Source: Basidiobolus meristosporus CBS 931.73 (taxonomy: Eukaryota > Fungi > Basidiobolomycota). Taken from it: a DNA stretch of 64,000 nt. Position 1 is the first letter of the stretch. Every line of letters begins with the position of its first letter. Below the pieces are notes generated by a model. The model did not search any database. It had not been told where the DNA came from and worked only from the letters and a program-made list of their open reading frames with translations. Position numbers and translations under genes: made by a program. Location of the stretch: contig MCFE01000381.1 in the NCBI GenBank assembly GCA_002104905.1, positions 1-64,000 on the forward strand, read 5' to 3'. Positions 1 to 12,302 of this stretch are shown here, in pieces.

Positions 1-484
1 TTGGGCTAAATGGAAACACAGGTGAACATCAATGTAACAAGTACAAATATCCAAAATAACAATCATTCAGGCTGTAACATTTACTACAACTAACTGCCAA
101 GGAAAATCGTTCAATGATTGAGCTGGTGTCACAAAGAGCACGTTGTAGACGACTGATCAGAGAGGGATTCAGTCTATTCTAAATATGGTTAGGTTTGCGT
201 GTTGAAGCTCTTGAAACCTGCTTCCTTTGGGTGGATTTGACAGTCAACCAGGACTGTCACAAAAGTGTAAATCTCGATTTGATCAAAGTTGCATCATCTA
301 AAACCTCACTATGAAATTATGGATTACTATCACACTCCTCGCTATCTAACCCATTGTACTCAAAGGGTAGGAAGCACAAATATCAGCGTAATATTGAATA
401 TATCGATGCTTGAGAGCATATTGGTACTTTATTATAACCAATATATACACTAGCCAGCTAATGTATTGCAGACGTAAGACTCAA

Positions 485-1459
485 CTAGTTATGTCAAACG
501 AAGCTAACCCCGTTACCTGTCTTGAAAGCCACGTAAGTTTTGACATAAGGACTACCGTCGTAATTCTAGTTGCTTGTATACACCTCGCTAGCAGAATCGA
601 TCCGCTCAACTACTGTAACATGACTGTCGCTGCCGACGTCTTGGTTCCCAGGCTGGATGACGATGATGGAAGGAACTTTGGGTTTGCTTGATACTGTCCA
701 TCCAGGTGTGTTTCTGGCGGAGGAAGCCCCGGTTAGTGCATCTCCCGACCACGCTATGTGATAGCTTGTTAGCTGAACGTGGCAAGCATCGGCCCAATCG
801 GTAAACTGCCCGGATGTGGTACTACCCGCAGTATTGTTCTGACTACTGCTATTATTGCTATTTCCGGCGCTATTTACGTTGCCAGAACTATCGCTGTTTC
901 CGTCTCCACTCTGACGGTAGTGGTCTTGCTCATTCCCACTGCTATTACTGCTACCTGTGCTATAACTTTCTCCGTCTATATTTCTGCTGTTGTGGTATTT
1001 CCCTTTGTTATTGTGATTTTTGTTACTGGTGCTGTAACCGTTTTCACCTTCGTTACCACTGCCGTGGTTTTTTCCGTTGCTTTTGCTATTCTTGTTACCA
1101 GATATGTGAGCTTTTCTGTCTCCATTACCACCGTTGTGACTTTTTCCCTTGTTTTTGTTCTTCTTGTTACTGGCGCTGTAGCCATTTCTACCACCCTTTA
1201 CACCCTAACGGACTTTTACATTGCGCTTGTCATTCTTTTTACCAGCCTTGTAACTTCTTTCGGCTCCATTTCCGAGATCGAAATTTTTCTCGTCAGTTTT
1301 TTGGTCTCCACGCGAGTTCCTACCCTTCTACTAAAACCTGGGAGGCTTCACTGAAGTAACACCTTTGATATCCGGGTTGGTTCGCTCGACTGATAAGGTA
1401 TCCACCACAATCCCGGCGAGGCAGAGCGCGAGGATCAACAAGCAAAAGAGTGAATTCAT
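485..1459 (-). pseudogene. Secreted Asn/Gly/Ser-rich protein with C-terminal CHAP (cysteine/histidine-dependent amidase) domain, pseudogenised
   Basis: One frame from ATG 1459 gives signal peptide MNSLFCLLILALCLAGIVV, a low-complexity N/G/S/K linker, then GQFTDWADA..W.GDA..A....GW.VSSKPKVPSI.V.QPG....SHV.VVE.I......YTSN*NY, matching the CHAP pattern GQC..W....GHVAVVE...SE.N. Lesions: in-frame TAG at 1333, 1330, 1207 and 568; TTT at the catalytic Cys position (803-805); 1-nt frameshift and a TGA near the 3' end. Confidence 0.8.
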
Positions 1460-2114
1460 TTCTTCAGGTAATCCTTTCCGAAACCAGTCGTTTTTGATGT
1501 GTGTATTTATACAGTGCTCCACTCTAGGGATATTAAGTGGGATGATGAGAAAATGGAACCAAGCCCAACAATTCTCCCTTCCGTCAGGGCCCTTACGGAG
1601 TATCTTAAAACCTGCACCAGCTCCGGTGAACCCAGTTTCCCTTCCGCAGTGACCGGTCATGAAAGTGGACCTGGAACAGGCAGGCTCCGTTAACATTCGA
1701 TTTGTTCCCGTTTGCCATGCATTTAGCTTTGCTAACACCTATACGGTGAAGTATTTGCTGGGACGTAATCCAAAACTCAATCCAATTCTCCTGAATCTGG
1801 ATGAAAACAAAGCCTAAAGGGTCAAAGAGATCAGCAGGAGTATGTGGTGATATGATGGTTGCTGAGAAGCCCTAGTTTTTCAATCAACAGTAACAAAAGA
1901 TGATGTACTTGATTAAAAGAGTGCCCAAAGTACACCCTTTTTGGGCAACAATCAATGTGCTTTGACCACTCGAAAAAAGAGCAGAGGGATGTTTATTAGT
2001 CGTGCTAAGAAATGGTTGTAACAATTCGAGGATCCGCATTGAAGGTTAAGTCCTACCATATCTGCTGTAAATTGGCGTGGTTGGTATGGAGGGATTAGTG
2101 ACTTAGTAGTGTGA

Positions 2115-2426
2115 TTATTGGGATTGGAATTTGGTTATAAGGGAGAGGGGCTCGTTAACCAAGAAAATTTTGCTTCGGATGTTTTGGATTCCAAATGACT
2201 GGAGACGTGCTGTATGTTCCGCCAGATAACTCTTGGCATCCTTTTCGTTGGTAAAAAGATAGATGCCACCGGCTTCCTTTGTCTCGGGATTTTCAGTCCA
2301 TATTTTCCAGATCAAGCCAGGTGTTTTGGCAATGTGAGCGGCCAGGTCAGCGTAACCTTCACTCATTTCCTTCCCAAAAGGACCCTCATTAGGGAAATCG
2401 ATTTGCAAGACGATGGTTGAGGACAT
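2115..2426 (-). CDS. ydhR: YdhR-family putative monooxygenase (dimeric alpha+beta barrel), bacterial-type
   Basis: Intact 103-aa ORF with GPFG..M, PGLIWKIWTE, EAGGIYLF, YL.EHTARL and VNEPLS motifs, collinear with E. coli YdhR as I recall it. No intron in the CDS. Confidence 0.9.
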   Translation of the reverse strand: MSSTIVLQIDFPNEGPFGKEMSEGYADLAAHIAKTPGLIWKIWTENPETKEAGGIYLFTNEKDAKSYLAEHTARLQSFGIQNIRSKIFLVNEPLSLITKFQSQ

Positions 2427-2446
2427 AAGAGACAGGTCAGTGTAAT

Positions 2447-2555
2447 CTAAAATCCTTTGCGATATCTTCTAGGGCGACTTTTTATCGTGTCGCGGGATTG
2501 TTGACTCACCGTGGGACTTGGCCAATCAAGGGCATCCTCTCGATACTGACATCAT
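2447..2555 (-). promoter_or_regulatory. Putative 5'-UTR spliceosomal intron (2447-2509) and 9-codon upstream ORF ahead of ydhR
   Basis: GTGAGT donor at 2509 and TTTTAG acceptor at 2447 give 63 nt, the local intron size. ATGATG at 2555/2552 reads MMSVSRGCP then TGA (2526-2528). After splicing this frame is continuous with the ydhR ATG. No clear branch site. Confidence 0.5.
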
Positions 2556-3339
2556 GCTGTATCCGTAATAATCATAAACTCGTGGTTGATAAATTACTGT
2601 TAATCGCTTTAGGGAATAATGGCATATAGTTTAACCTTAACCAACGTAATACGAGTCCAGTTCAAACACGTCTTGTTAAGCCAGTTGTAGGAGTTTAAAT
2701 GCAAACCTAACTCGAATCCTAAACAAAATTTAAAAGATACAGAAAATCGAGATGAAGTACCTACCTAGTAGTTGTAGTCGTCGAAAATCTTTATTCGATC
2801 ATTCCGCCTTAGCAGAGTCGGTTTACGACATACAAAACTTTGCTGAAGCTAATACAATTTTGGCACAGTTCGGCTATTAATAGAGGTTGTTGACGGGTGA
2901 TAATTTTAGAATTTCCATAGTCTAGAGTAGTGATTTGAAGGCTTTTATCCCCACCAGCACCCTTCACTACTTCCACCCGCTTTCCAAACCAAGCGCCGCT
3001 AGTGGTGTCACCAATCATCGAGATTGTTCCCTATTTCTGGAAAACCAATCATACGTAAGCTTCCATACTGGGGATGGTGCATCTGGTAAATCCGAGCATT
3101 GTAGGTGCGTCCCCAAGTAGCTTTGACTATATTAATGCCTGTATCTTTTCTAAATAGAAGGCAGTGTCCTGGAATTGTTAACCATAAACGCTCAATATCG
3201 ATGGCTTCACGCGACATATACCTACTTTCAGTCCTCCTTTTTTCACCTTTTCCTTTTGCTATTTTTCCCTTTTTCCCTTTTTCCCTGGAGTTCGGAGTAA
3301 CATACCAGATATACACTAACCCTGTATCTGTAACGAAGC

Positions 3340-4324
3340 ATGTTATTCCAGAGAGCATTCTTGACCTTCAGTGTGGTCCTCTCGGTCCTCAAATTCTCAC
3401 TTGGAGACCTACTATCTCAGGGTTTGTCTCGTAATCGCCTCAACGTCAGCCTTCTTTTACCTAAAGTCAGTTAAACTATTGCTAGATCTCCCGTGTGGAC
3501 CAAGGCTTTACTGTTATCCAAAGTTAAACACAACTTTGGTTCTTGGCACTGTGGAATATTTTCGGTGGTATGCAGATTACCCCACTTTAGCGAACGATAA
3601 TCGGGTCGATGTCAGACTCTATGAAATGTCCAATACAACTCATCCGATTATGGAGTGGCTTGATTTTGAAAACCAGGGCTTTTTACCCCTCACCTTAACC
3701 TCAGAATACTTTCCACCACTTACAAATCTAAAACCAAACGAAACTGGCAAACGGCTATACCAATTTTTAGTCACCCCAGTAGGAAGATACGATGGCAATA
3801 CTGGTCCTCTGTTTTGGATTGAAGGTAACGTGTCACTCTATTACCAAGCACGAACCAAACCCAGATCATAGATTAAGCTTTTCATAGATATTCCGCACAT
3901 CGCTACTACCACTGCCACTACTACCCATCATGTATCAACTGCCCATGTAACAACGACAGAGATGACTACGGTGACAAGCTCGGTTCGACCCAATATTTTG
4001 AACAATGGAGGTGGTGCTCCATCCTACACGTCCGGCAAGGCCGCAGGGATTGTCATCGGAAGTGTGCTGGGAGCGATCCTGTTAGGAGGGATTGTGATTT
4101 TCGCCATGCGCCGCAATAGAGACGGAGATAGTGGCTTCATGGATGAAGCAAAGCGTCAGAACACCGCCATGATGTCATCAGACGGTTTGGTTGTTACGGA
4201 AAACGCCAGCAGCACGCAACTCTCTCCATTGACGGAAAACGATGCGCATTTAATTGCGGATACGTATCGTGAATCTCTGAGAAAGCCAGGCTGGGCGGGC
4301 GATTCGAACCAAAGGTTGCTGTAG
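3340..4324 (+). CDS. Type I single-pass membrane protein (signal peptide, extracellular domain, Thr-rich stalk, TM helix, cytoplasmic tail); Mid2/Wsc-like architecture
   Basis: Exons 3340-3421, 3486-3824, 3888-4324 with GT-AG introns of 64 and 63 nt in consistent phase; about 285 aa. Signal MLFQRAFLTFSVVLSVLKFSLG; TM AAGIVIGSVLGAILLGGIVIFAM followed by RRNR. Confidence 0.75.
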
Positions 4325-4602
4325 TTGCTTCCTAGTGCACAAGCCTCCATGCAATCCTCGGCAAAGAACCCCCTTATACTGAAGGATATGTACGTCCTTC
4401 GAAGACGAGTAGTGGTACCAAACCATTCATGTATAGATGTGATATAAATATGGGACATGGATGTTGAATAATTCCCTCTTAATTTGCTCAATAAAATCCG
4501 CAACATTCATTGACTGGCAATTTCGGAAAAATCTATATATATCCTGAACCATGGAAATGTTATTATCATTCCCTGCTATTTTTCCTCTGGTCGCTTTGCA
4601 CG

Positions 4603-5503
4603 ATGTCTTCCTCCAGCACGCCGCTGAAGCGGAAACCGAATCACCTTACGCCAAGTGGCAAATCAGTCAAGAAGCAGACCCAAGTCACCACCAGCACCCC
4701 TTTACAAAAGCCACGCAAAAAATCCGAGCCTTCTTCCTTGCCACCCACCCCCAGCACTGAGGTCCCAGAGGAAAAAGCCCGCGAGGAGGAAATCCCTGCT
4801 CCAGCCGAAACAAAACAGACAGAAGAGGAGGAAGAGGAAGAAGAGGAGGAGGGGATCATAGCGGACGATGATTTCAAAGAATTGATGCAAATCCATGGAA
4901 GAAGCAAGGAGGAGCTGAAGTATGTCAACCAACAGTTCTATTTTCGTCAGTGTCATGGAATCGCGTACAGGGCATCTGTAGATTTGTTCTGCCCTTGAAT
5001 CCACCCGTGTTATCTTCGTCCATTAACCTTCCTTTCTTTTATGTACGAAGAGCATTATTGGATAACTTTTCGGACGAGCAGCTGCAAAGGTATGAGGTAT
5101 ACCGGCGTTCAGCGTTGAACAAATCCGTAGTCAAAAAGGCGAGTTTGTCTGGTATTTCATAGTTGGGGTTCTTTCGGTTAACACTGTAGTGGATATAGCT
5201 TGTTGGCAACATCATAAACCAACAGGTGTCGCCAACGATGGCATTTGTAGTGGCAGGGTTTGCCAAGGTGTTTGTTGGCGAGATGGTTGAGAAAGGTACC
5301 GTAGATACTTAGGATAGATTCCGTATACATATCCCATGATTCACACTGCTCCATCATCAAACGTAGCGAAAGAGGTGATGGAAGCCTGGGGCGACAAGGG
5401 ACCCATCAGGCCGCATCATCTCCGAGAAGCCTACCGACAATACGACAAAGAAACCGGGCTGATTCCTTCGGTGAACTATCAAAAAAGACTATTTCGACGA
5501 TAA
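4603..5503 (+). CDS. TAF11: TFIID subunit 11 (histone-fold TAF11)
   Basis: Exons 4603-4919, 5051-5138, 5199-5295, 5367-5503. Motifs FSDEQLQRYEVYRRS, VAGFAKVFVGEMVE, GPIRPHHLREAYR; acidic poly-Glu N-terminus. Confidence 0.92.
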
Positions 5504-5665
5504 AGCCCACTTGTACAATCAACCTTATGCCATGTTATCTTTATTTCTTGCGTTTAGAATTTCCAAATAAAAATCCTGACAAAAGTTGGATGTTATTGAA
5601 GTACAGAATTTATTGCAGTGTTCAGGTTGCTTCACGAGAGAGGCGAGTGATGGAAATGAAGAGCT

Positions 5666-6167
5666 CTAGTTTTCACGTAGATCCTGTTGAGTTAGTTGGG
5701 GTTAGTACCGAGAACTTGAAAACACCAAGACTGTAAGCTTTGGTACTGACTCTGTATTGTTTGGCCCACATCATGGAGGGAATCCATCTAGAAGGATGCT
5801 GGTGACGCACCTGAAAGTAAGATCGGTCAGTTAAGTTGTTGGGAGATTCCTCGAAGCAAAAAGTCACTCACTTCACGGTCAGCAGAAGCCTTCCAAACAT
5901 AGGCGATGAACACAGTACAACCAAGTCCAGCAATGACGGTGTTGGACTTCCAGTTGGCTGGACGAGACCACCAACCACCAGCTGGGGACCTGTAGCAAAA
6001 AGTTGAGTAAAGCTGTTATCGGTCCATATACGACCGGAATGCACAACGTACCAAACTTGTTTGGGATAAGGATAACGAGGAGCAGCACCCTAACAGAGGG
6101 GGGGAAGAAATATTCAGCAACCAATCCACAAAAGGTCTACAGTTCAGCGTGGGCTGGCTCGTACCAT
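5666..6167 (-). CDS. Small mitochondrial complex I accessory subunit (NUUM-type, YPYPK.VWSPAGGW family), 78 aa, 5 exons
   Basis: Exons 6167-6165 (ATG only), 6089-6052, 5989-5872, 5810-5751, 5683-5666; introns 75/62/61/67 nt, all GT-AG and in phase. Protein MGAAPRYPYPKQVWSPAGGWWSRPANWKSNTVIAGLGCTVFIAYVWKASADREVRHQHPSRWIPSMMWAKQYRDLREN. Absent from the ORF track. Confidence 0.85.
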
Positions 6168-6746
6168 GTTTATAAATCACAAATGTAGCAAAACAATCTC
6201 CACAAACCGGTAGCTTTAGTAAACCTTTAAGTTCTTTTGAAAACCCATCCCCTCTTCATTCACCCCGACAATTGGAATTTTCAATAAAGCGGGGGATCTG
6301 GGGAGATCTTGAATTCCCAACGGAAAGTGGGCATTTCAGAAATTCATCGCCAAGTGGAATTTCAAGTGGAAAATGGACCAATGGAGTTAACCTCGAAATC
6401 ATCCCTAAGATGAGAGATCGTACGACGCACCACTTCCACATCGCGTGGACACATTAATCATACACCACGCATACACATTAATCGCTGATAAATCAATCTT
6501 TTTACCAGTTTCCGGAGTCCGAAAATCACCACAGATACGAACAGACAGTAGGTACAAATTGCCGAGTATCATTCATAGGATCATCCAAATGCACATCAGA
6601 CATCAACACTAAGAAAAGCCACTCAACCTTAAATTAGCCAAATACTACGTTACTCTTGCTTAAAAATCCCTCTTTCTTCACATAGCCTTACAACTCTCAC
6701 GACGCCTTTTGTCTGCCCTTTTACTTCAAGCCAGTGAAACTATACC

Positions 6747-9700
6747 ATGTCCCACAACTATGTGGTAACCGCACATAAGCCAACTTCGGTACAAACCGCT
6801 GTTAAAGGGAACTTCACTAGTCCCACAGACATCAATCTAATAGTGAGGTAAGCCACTCTGCGGGCCTCGCTGAGCACACAATGTTGCTAATCCAAGGTTT
6901 GATTTGCAGCAAAGGGACCAGGATCGAAATCTACTTGCTGGCACCCGAAGGCCTGCGGCCATATCTAGAATTTAGTATCCTTGGTAGGATAGCATCCATG
7001 GGATTATACAGACCTCCGGTATGTACACCCATCTATCTGAATCTCATATTGCCGACCTGACCTCGTTTGAATGGACAGAACCGTACGACCGATTTGCTGT
7101 TCATCTCCACCGAACGATATAAATTCCTAGTGCTCTCGTTTGATCCATCCAAATCCACGGTCAAGACGGAGGCTAATGGAGACCTGGAAGATTTTCGGGG
7201 TATTCCTTGCGAGTGTGGTCAGATAGGATTGGTGGACCATAATTGCCAGTTAATCGGGCTACATATTTACGAGGGGGCATTCAAGGTCATATCCATCGAG
7301 AACGAAGAGACCCTCAAAACCCACCCTTCGACCTTCCCCAACTCCGACTTGAGCAACAACGAGCATCCTCAGATAGGAGACCTGAGAGAGCCGTTCAATG
7401 TTACGTGGGTGCCACCAGCGATGCATATTGAGCTAGCATCTACTAATCGATTGCTTCTAGCTTGGAGGAGCTACAAATCATCTCCATGGCATTCTTGTAC
7501 GACACCCCCAACCCTACAATCGCCATTTTACACCAAGATACAAAGGAGCGACGCCATATCCGAACCCACGCGATTCTAATGAACGAGAAGGAGATTGGTG
7601 AGGGGCCGTGGGGCCAGACCACTGTTCCCGACGACACCAACCTGATGTTTGCTATCCCTCAGCCATGCGGTACAGTACATTTCTTGTTCGAGAGGGATGG
7701 CTGCGTGCTAACCGACGTTTTAGGTGGAGTGGTGGTTGTTGCGGAGGAAAGCATCCTCTACATCAACGGCGAACAGACCGTCTCATTAGCAATCAAGCGA
7801 ACTGTGATGAACACGTATCCTACCATTACTACTAGCAAGCGAGTAACGTAGCCTCCAGCACATCACCCTATCCTTAACTGCCCAAATGTAGATACGGCCA
7901 GATCGACGCCGATGGCTCGCGCTTCCTGCTGGGAGATTACCTTGGGAATTTGTACATCCTGGTCATCCTCCACAACGATGGGGCCGTGACCGAGTTGAAG
8001 TTGGAGAGGCTTGGCGAGGTATGGATCTTTGGCTCGGTGTCCATGCTGGCAGACGCCTGATCGGTCTCCATTCTAGACTTCCGTCGGAACCTGCATTGTG
8101 TATCTGGACAACAGCTACGCGTTTATCGGTTCTCATTTCGGGGATTCGCAGCTGATCAAATTGAATAGCCTGCCGAACGAGGATGGGGACTTCATTGAAG
8201 TCGTCCAGAGCTTCCCCAACTTGGCACCTATCAGTGACTTCTGCATCGTCGACGTGGACAGCCGAGAAAGGGTGAGTGTCTGTGGGATTTCCATTCATCA
8301 ATGTCCTGGTTGCTGATTCCCCCAACAGAATAACATGATATCGTGCTCTGGAGCCTTTAAGGACGGTTCGCTGAGGGTGATTCGTAATGGTGTTGGTGTC
8401 AAAGAGCAAGCCAAACTGGAGATGAGCGGCATCAAAGGGATCTGGTCACTGAGAAGCTCCTTTGAAACTGAGTATGTATTCTTGGCCGAGGCGTCATCAC
8501 GTGTTCTGATCCATTTTGCAATGCTAGATTCGAGGACACGCTCGTGATCTCGTTCATCGGCGAAACCCGCGTTCTGGTTCTCGAAGGAGAGGAGATGCAG
8601 GAGCTGGAGGACTACGGAGGATTTCAGTTGGAAGAAATGACCATTTGCACGGCCAACATGCTGGGAGGATTTGTAGCACAAGTAAGGAGCAGGTTACGGC
8701 GATTGCGAGCGAGAACAGTAGCTGACTTCGGCTCTAGGTTACCGAGTCATCCATTCGACTGATCAACTACTCCACCAAAAAGCTGGTATCCGAATGGATG
8801 CCACCTGCAGAAAGCAAAATCAACGTGGCCTCCATTAATCCTACTCAGATAGTCGCAGCCCTAGGGGGTGGCACTCTGGTGTATTTTGAGATCGTCAATG
8901 ATGCGATTCAGGAGATCAAGTCAGTAGTTTCCTTCGTTTGACCTCACGAGCATCCATGCTAATCATCAATTGGAATGGATAGCCGGAATCAACTAGATTA
9001 CGAAATCGCCTGCTTGGACATCAATCCCATCAACCCGGCAACTCCGCATTCATCCAGCATCTGCGCTGTGGGGCTGTGGACGGAGATCAGCGTTGACATG
9101 TTGCGGCTGCCCGACCTTCAAATCATCTCGAAACAAAACCTGGGTGGAGGTAGATTGAACCCTGTTAGACCCCCGCTGCCGCCTAGCTAACCTTGCTCCA
9201 CCTAGAAATCATCCCGCGGTCCATTCTAATGGCCGAGTTCGAGGGGATCAACTACCTGTTCATCGCGCTAGGTTGGTTTGCCTGACGAGTCTTGGCAGAA
9301 TTCCCCAGATCTAACCTTTCTTCAGGCGATGGCCATATGTTTAGCTTTTTGCTGGACATCGCCACTGGCGAGATCACGAATAGAAAGAAGTTTACTCTGG
9401 GCTCCCAGCCAATAGTGCTGACTCCTTTCAAATCCAACGGAACCTCCCATATATTCTGCTCGTCAGATCGCCCGCTGGTCATTTATAGTCGTAACCAGAA
9501 GTTCGCGTTCTCCAACGTGAATATGAAGGTAACTGTTCTAGAATCTGGTTTTGTGGAAGCATTGTGCTAACTGGCGGCGTACAGCAAACATCCTACATGT
9601 GCCCGTTTAACTCCTCCTCCTTCCCTAACTCCTTGGTCCTGGCTACGGATGATGGGCTGACTATAGGAACCATCGATGAGATTCAAAAGCTGCATATTCG

Positions 9701-11126
9701 CACTGTACCCCTAAGAGAAATGCCTCGGCGAATAATCCATCAACCTAGCACACAGAGCCTTGGAGTCCTTACCGTTAGGCTTCAGGTGAACCCGGATAAT
9801 GGTGACCAGGAGGAGACCTCTTTTCTTAGGGTCTATGATGACCAGAACTTTGAGGGTCGGTTGACGCTGATGGTTTTGCATGACTCCACCCCGCATTCTA
9901 ACCCCAGAAATATCCCGCCAATTCGTAGAAATCGCCAGCTTCCAAATGGATAAAGGGGAGAAGGCACTAAGCATAGGGAACCTCACTTTCGAAAACGATC
10001 CCTGCATGTACTATGCCGTTGGGACAGCGTATATGAAAGAGAAGGAAAGCGAGCCGCAGAGTGGGCGAATCTTGATTCTCAAGCTAGCCCCAGATACCCG
10101 ACAGCTACTACTCTTGCTGTCGTACGATGTGAATGGGGCGGTATACAACATCAACCAGTTCAATGGTAGGCTGCTGACTGGAATCAACAACCAGGTGAGT
10201 CAAACAGCAGTCCATACTTCGCTCATGAACACTAACCATGCAATTAGGTGAATCTTTACCATTGGAGCAACGAACCAGCAAGCGAGCCCGAGCTTATTCA
10301 GATCTGTAGCCATCGTGTCCACATACTGGCCCTGCACATTGCCACTCGCGGGGATTTCGTGATCGTGGGAGATGTGCTGCGCTCCATAACTTTGCTCGCC
10401 TACAACGCAATGGATGGATTGTTTGAAGTGGCCGCCAACGATTATAGTACCAACTGGATGTCGAGCCAAGAGATCCTAACCGGCGATACGTATATCGGCG
10501 CCGAGACCGCGGGGAATCTTTTCATCGTGAAACGACAAGGCGACTCGGGGGAGGATTCAAACGGGATCCTGCACACGGTTGGGAGACTCCATCTGGGAGA
10601 TGTGGTGAACTGTTTTAGACACGGTAGCTTTCGTATTTCAACCCCGGGATTGAACCGGTCGCTGATGGTTTGATACATTTAGGCTCCCTCGCCGTGGACC
10701 CTTTAGAAAATAGTGGGCAGGTCCCATCCCTTCATGTACTGTACAGTGGATGGAGCAATAGGTTACATACTTTCCATCTCCCAAGAACGCTTCGACTTTC
10801 TCATGAAGGTGCAAGAAAACCTGATCCATGTGATCCGTGGTATCGGAGGCCTGGATTACCTAGAGTAAGGCGTACATACATATCTGCATCCGTTGTGCCA
10901 ACCGACTCACACCCATTCCCTTCACCTCAGGTGGCGCTCTTACTATAAGCAACGAAAGTCCCAAAAGCCGTTTGGCTTCTTGGACGGGGATCTGATCGAA
11001 AGCTATCTCGATCTGAAGCGAGAAAACATGCAGGAGGTAGTGGCCGGGAAGAGGGGTGGCTCCCCGTTAAACATCACGGTGGAGGAGCTTAGCAAGATAG
11101 TGGAGGAGATGGTGAGATTGCATTGA
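6747..11126 (+). CDS. DDB1: DNA damage-binding protein 1 (CUL4 adaptor, three beta-propellers), multi-exon
   Basis: N-terminus [21 protein letters not shown]; internal [59 protein letters not shown]; C-terminus [29 protein letters not shown]. Many short GT-AG introns. Confidence 0.96.
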
Positions 11127-11451
11127 TCAGTCGCTTGGGACAGAAACGTTTCCCGCCTTGCTCTCATACATACGTAGTGAACCTTTATATTTAAATAGAT
11201 CATTTATTGTTGTATATGTTGGAGTGGACGGCCCATTTCTTCGTGGATCTCCCATGCACGCAATAAACGATGTTGTAAATCCAAAAATGGGTTAGTCAAG
11301 CTCAAGCTCACCCTCCCAAGTAAACTGTCACATTACCTTTTGTCGTCGGTGGCTGGGTGGAACAAATGGTGGATGCTTATATACAGTGGTGCCGCTTCTC
11401 AATGCTGATTGGTGAGCTATTTAACAAGTGTAAATTACATGCCGCGACACC

Positions 11452-12302
11452 TCAGTAGTCCGGGGTCTTTGGGCCACTGTCGTTGCTATTGACACTGGTG
11501 GCATACCGACGGCTGAAGGGGGTAAACGTGTCCGTGGGCTCTGAGCAGCGCTGTTTCCCTCGGAACGGTGCCATCCTCATCAGGTCAGGTAGTCGACTTG
11601 ACTTTCCCAGTGCTGCGTCTATACCAGCGGTTGCCTTGGAGTACAGGAACCTCTTTGGTACCGCGTGACTGTACTTTCCCCATGTCGCTGTCACCTTCAC
11701 GTCGATCAACTCCACAAAGTTCACCCACTGCTCCTTGGTGACATTCAAGTTGAAGCTCAGCAGGTACAGCAGCTCGAACTCCATGAGGCCGATGTCGTGG
11801 AGCGTGAACTGGCCGCCGCTCATCTTGGCCCAGGATTGGTTGTGGTATGGGTTGTCGTAGAGGTACTTGTTGGAGACGATCAACGCAGCTAGGAAGAGTC
11901 GAAACCCTGCACCGTTAGTCCCCTTGCATTCCGGGTGGCGTCGCTTCAGACGAACCAGGTAGAGCAATGCGCAGAGGATGTTGTTGGTGGGGACTTTGGA
12001 GTAATGGATCAAGCTGGAGACGAACTCACGGAGCGACGCGGTGGGTGCCGTCGCACGGGCATCGCATTTAAACAGCGTGTTGACTATAATGACTGACAAA
12101 TCTTGGTCGGGTTAGCCAGGGTGGTCATCCTGGGGCAGGAGGGGTAAAGGTGAAGGACCGCGTTACCTATGAGATACTGCTTCAGCTCATTGGACAGGTC
12201 GTGGTAGAGTCCGTATGGCGCGGGAAACTTCCCGGGGAGTTGAGGAAATTGGAACGGGTTTTGGTCTAGCGCCGGTTGGTATATGTAGGGCTCGGATATC
12301 AT
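11452..12302 (-). CDS. Pho80/PCL-family cyclin, paralog 1 (about 261 aa)
   Basis: Exons 12302-12167 and 12101-11452 (65-nt intron). Cyclin box ALLYLVRLK..RLFLAALIVSNKYLYD.PY.N.SW..IGLMEFELLYLL.FNL. Confidence 0.9.

Noticed and set aside
779-1359. Hydrophobic 191-aa and Cys/Tyr-rich 181-aa ORFs on the + strand
   Set aside because: They are antisense shadows of the Asn/Gly/Ser-rich linker of the minus-strand CHAP pseudogene.
1922-1947. 8-bp hairpin followed by CTCTTTT on the - strand downstream of ydhR, resembling a bacterial terminator relic
   Set aside because: 170 nt from the stop, 10-nt loop and weak U-tract; easily arises by chance.
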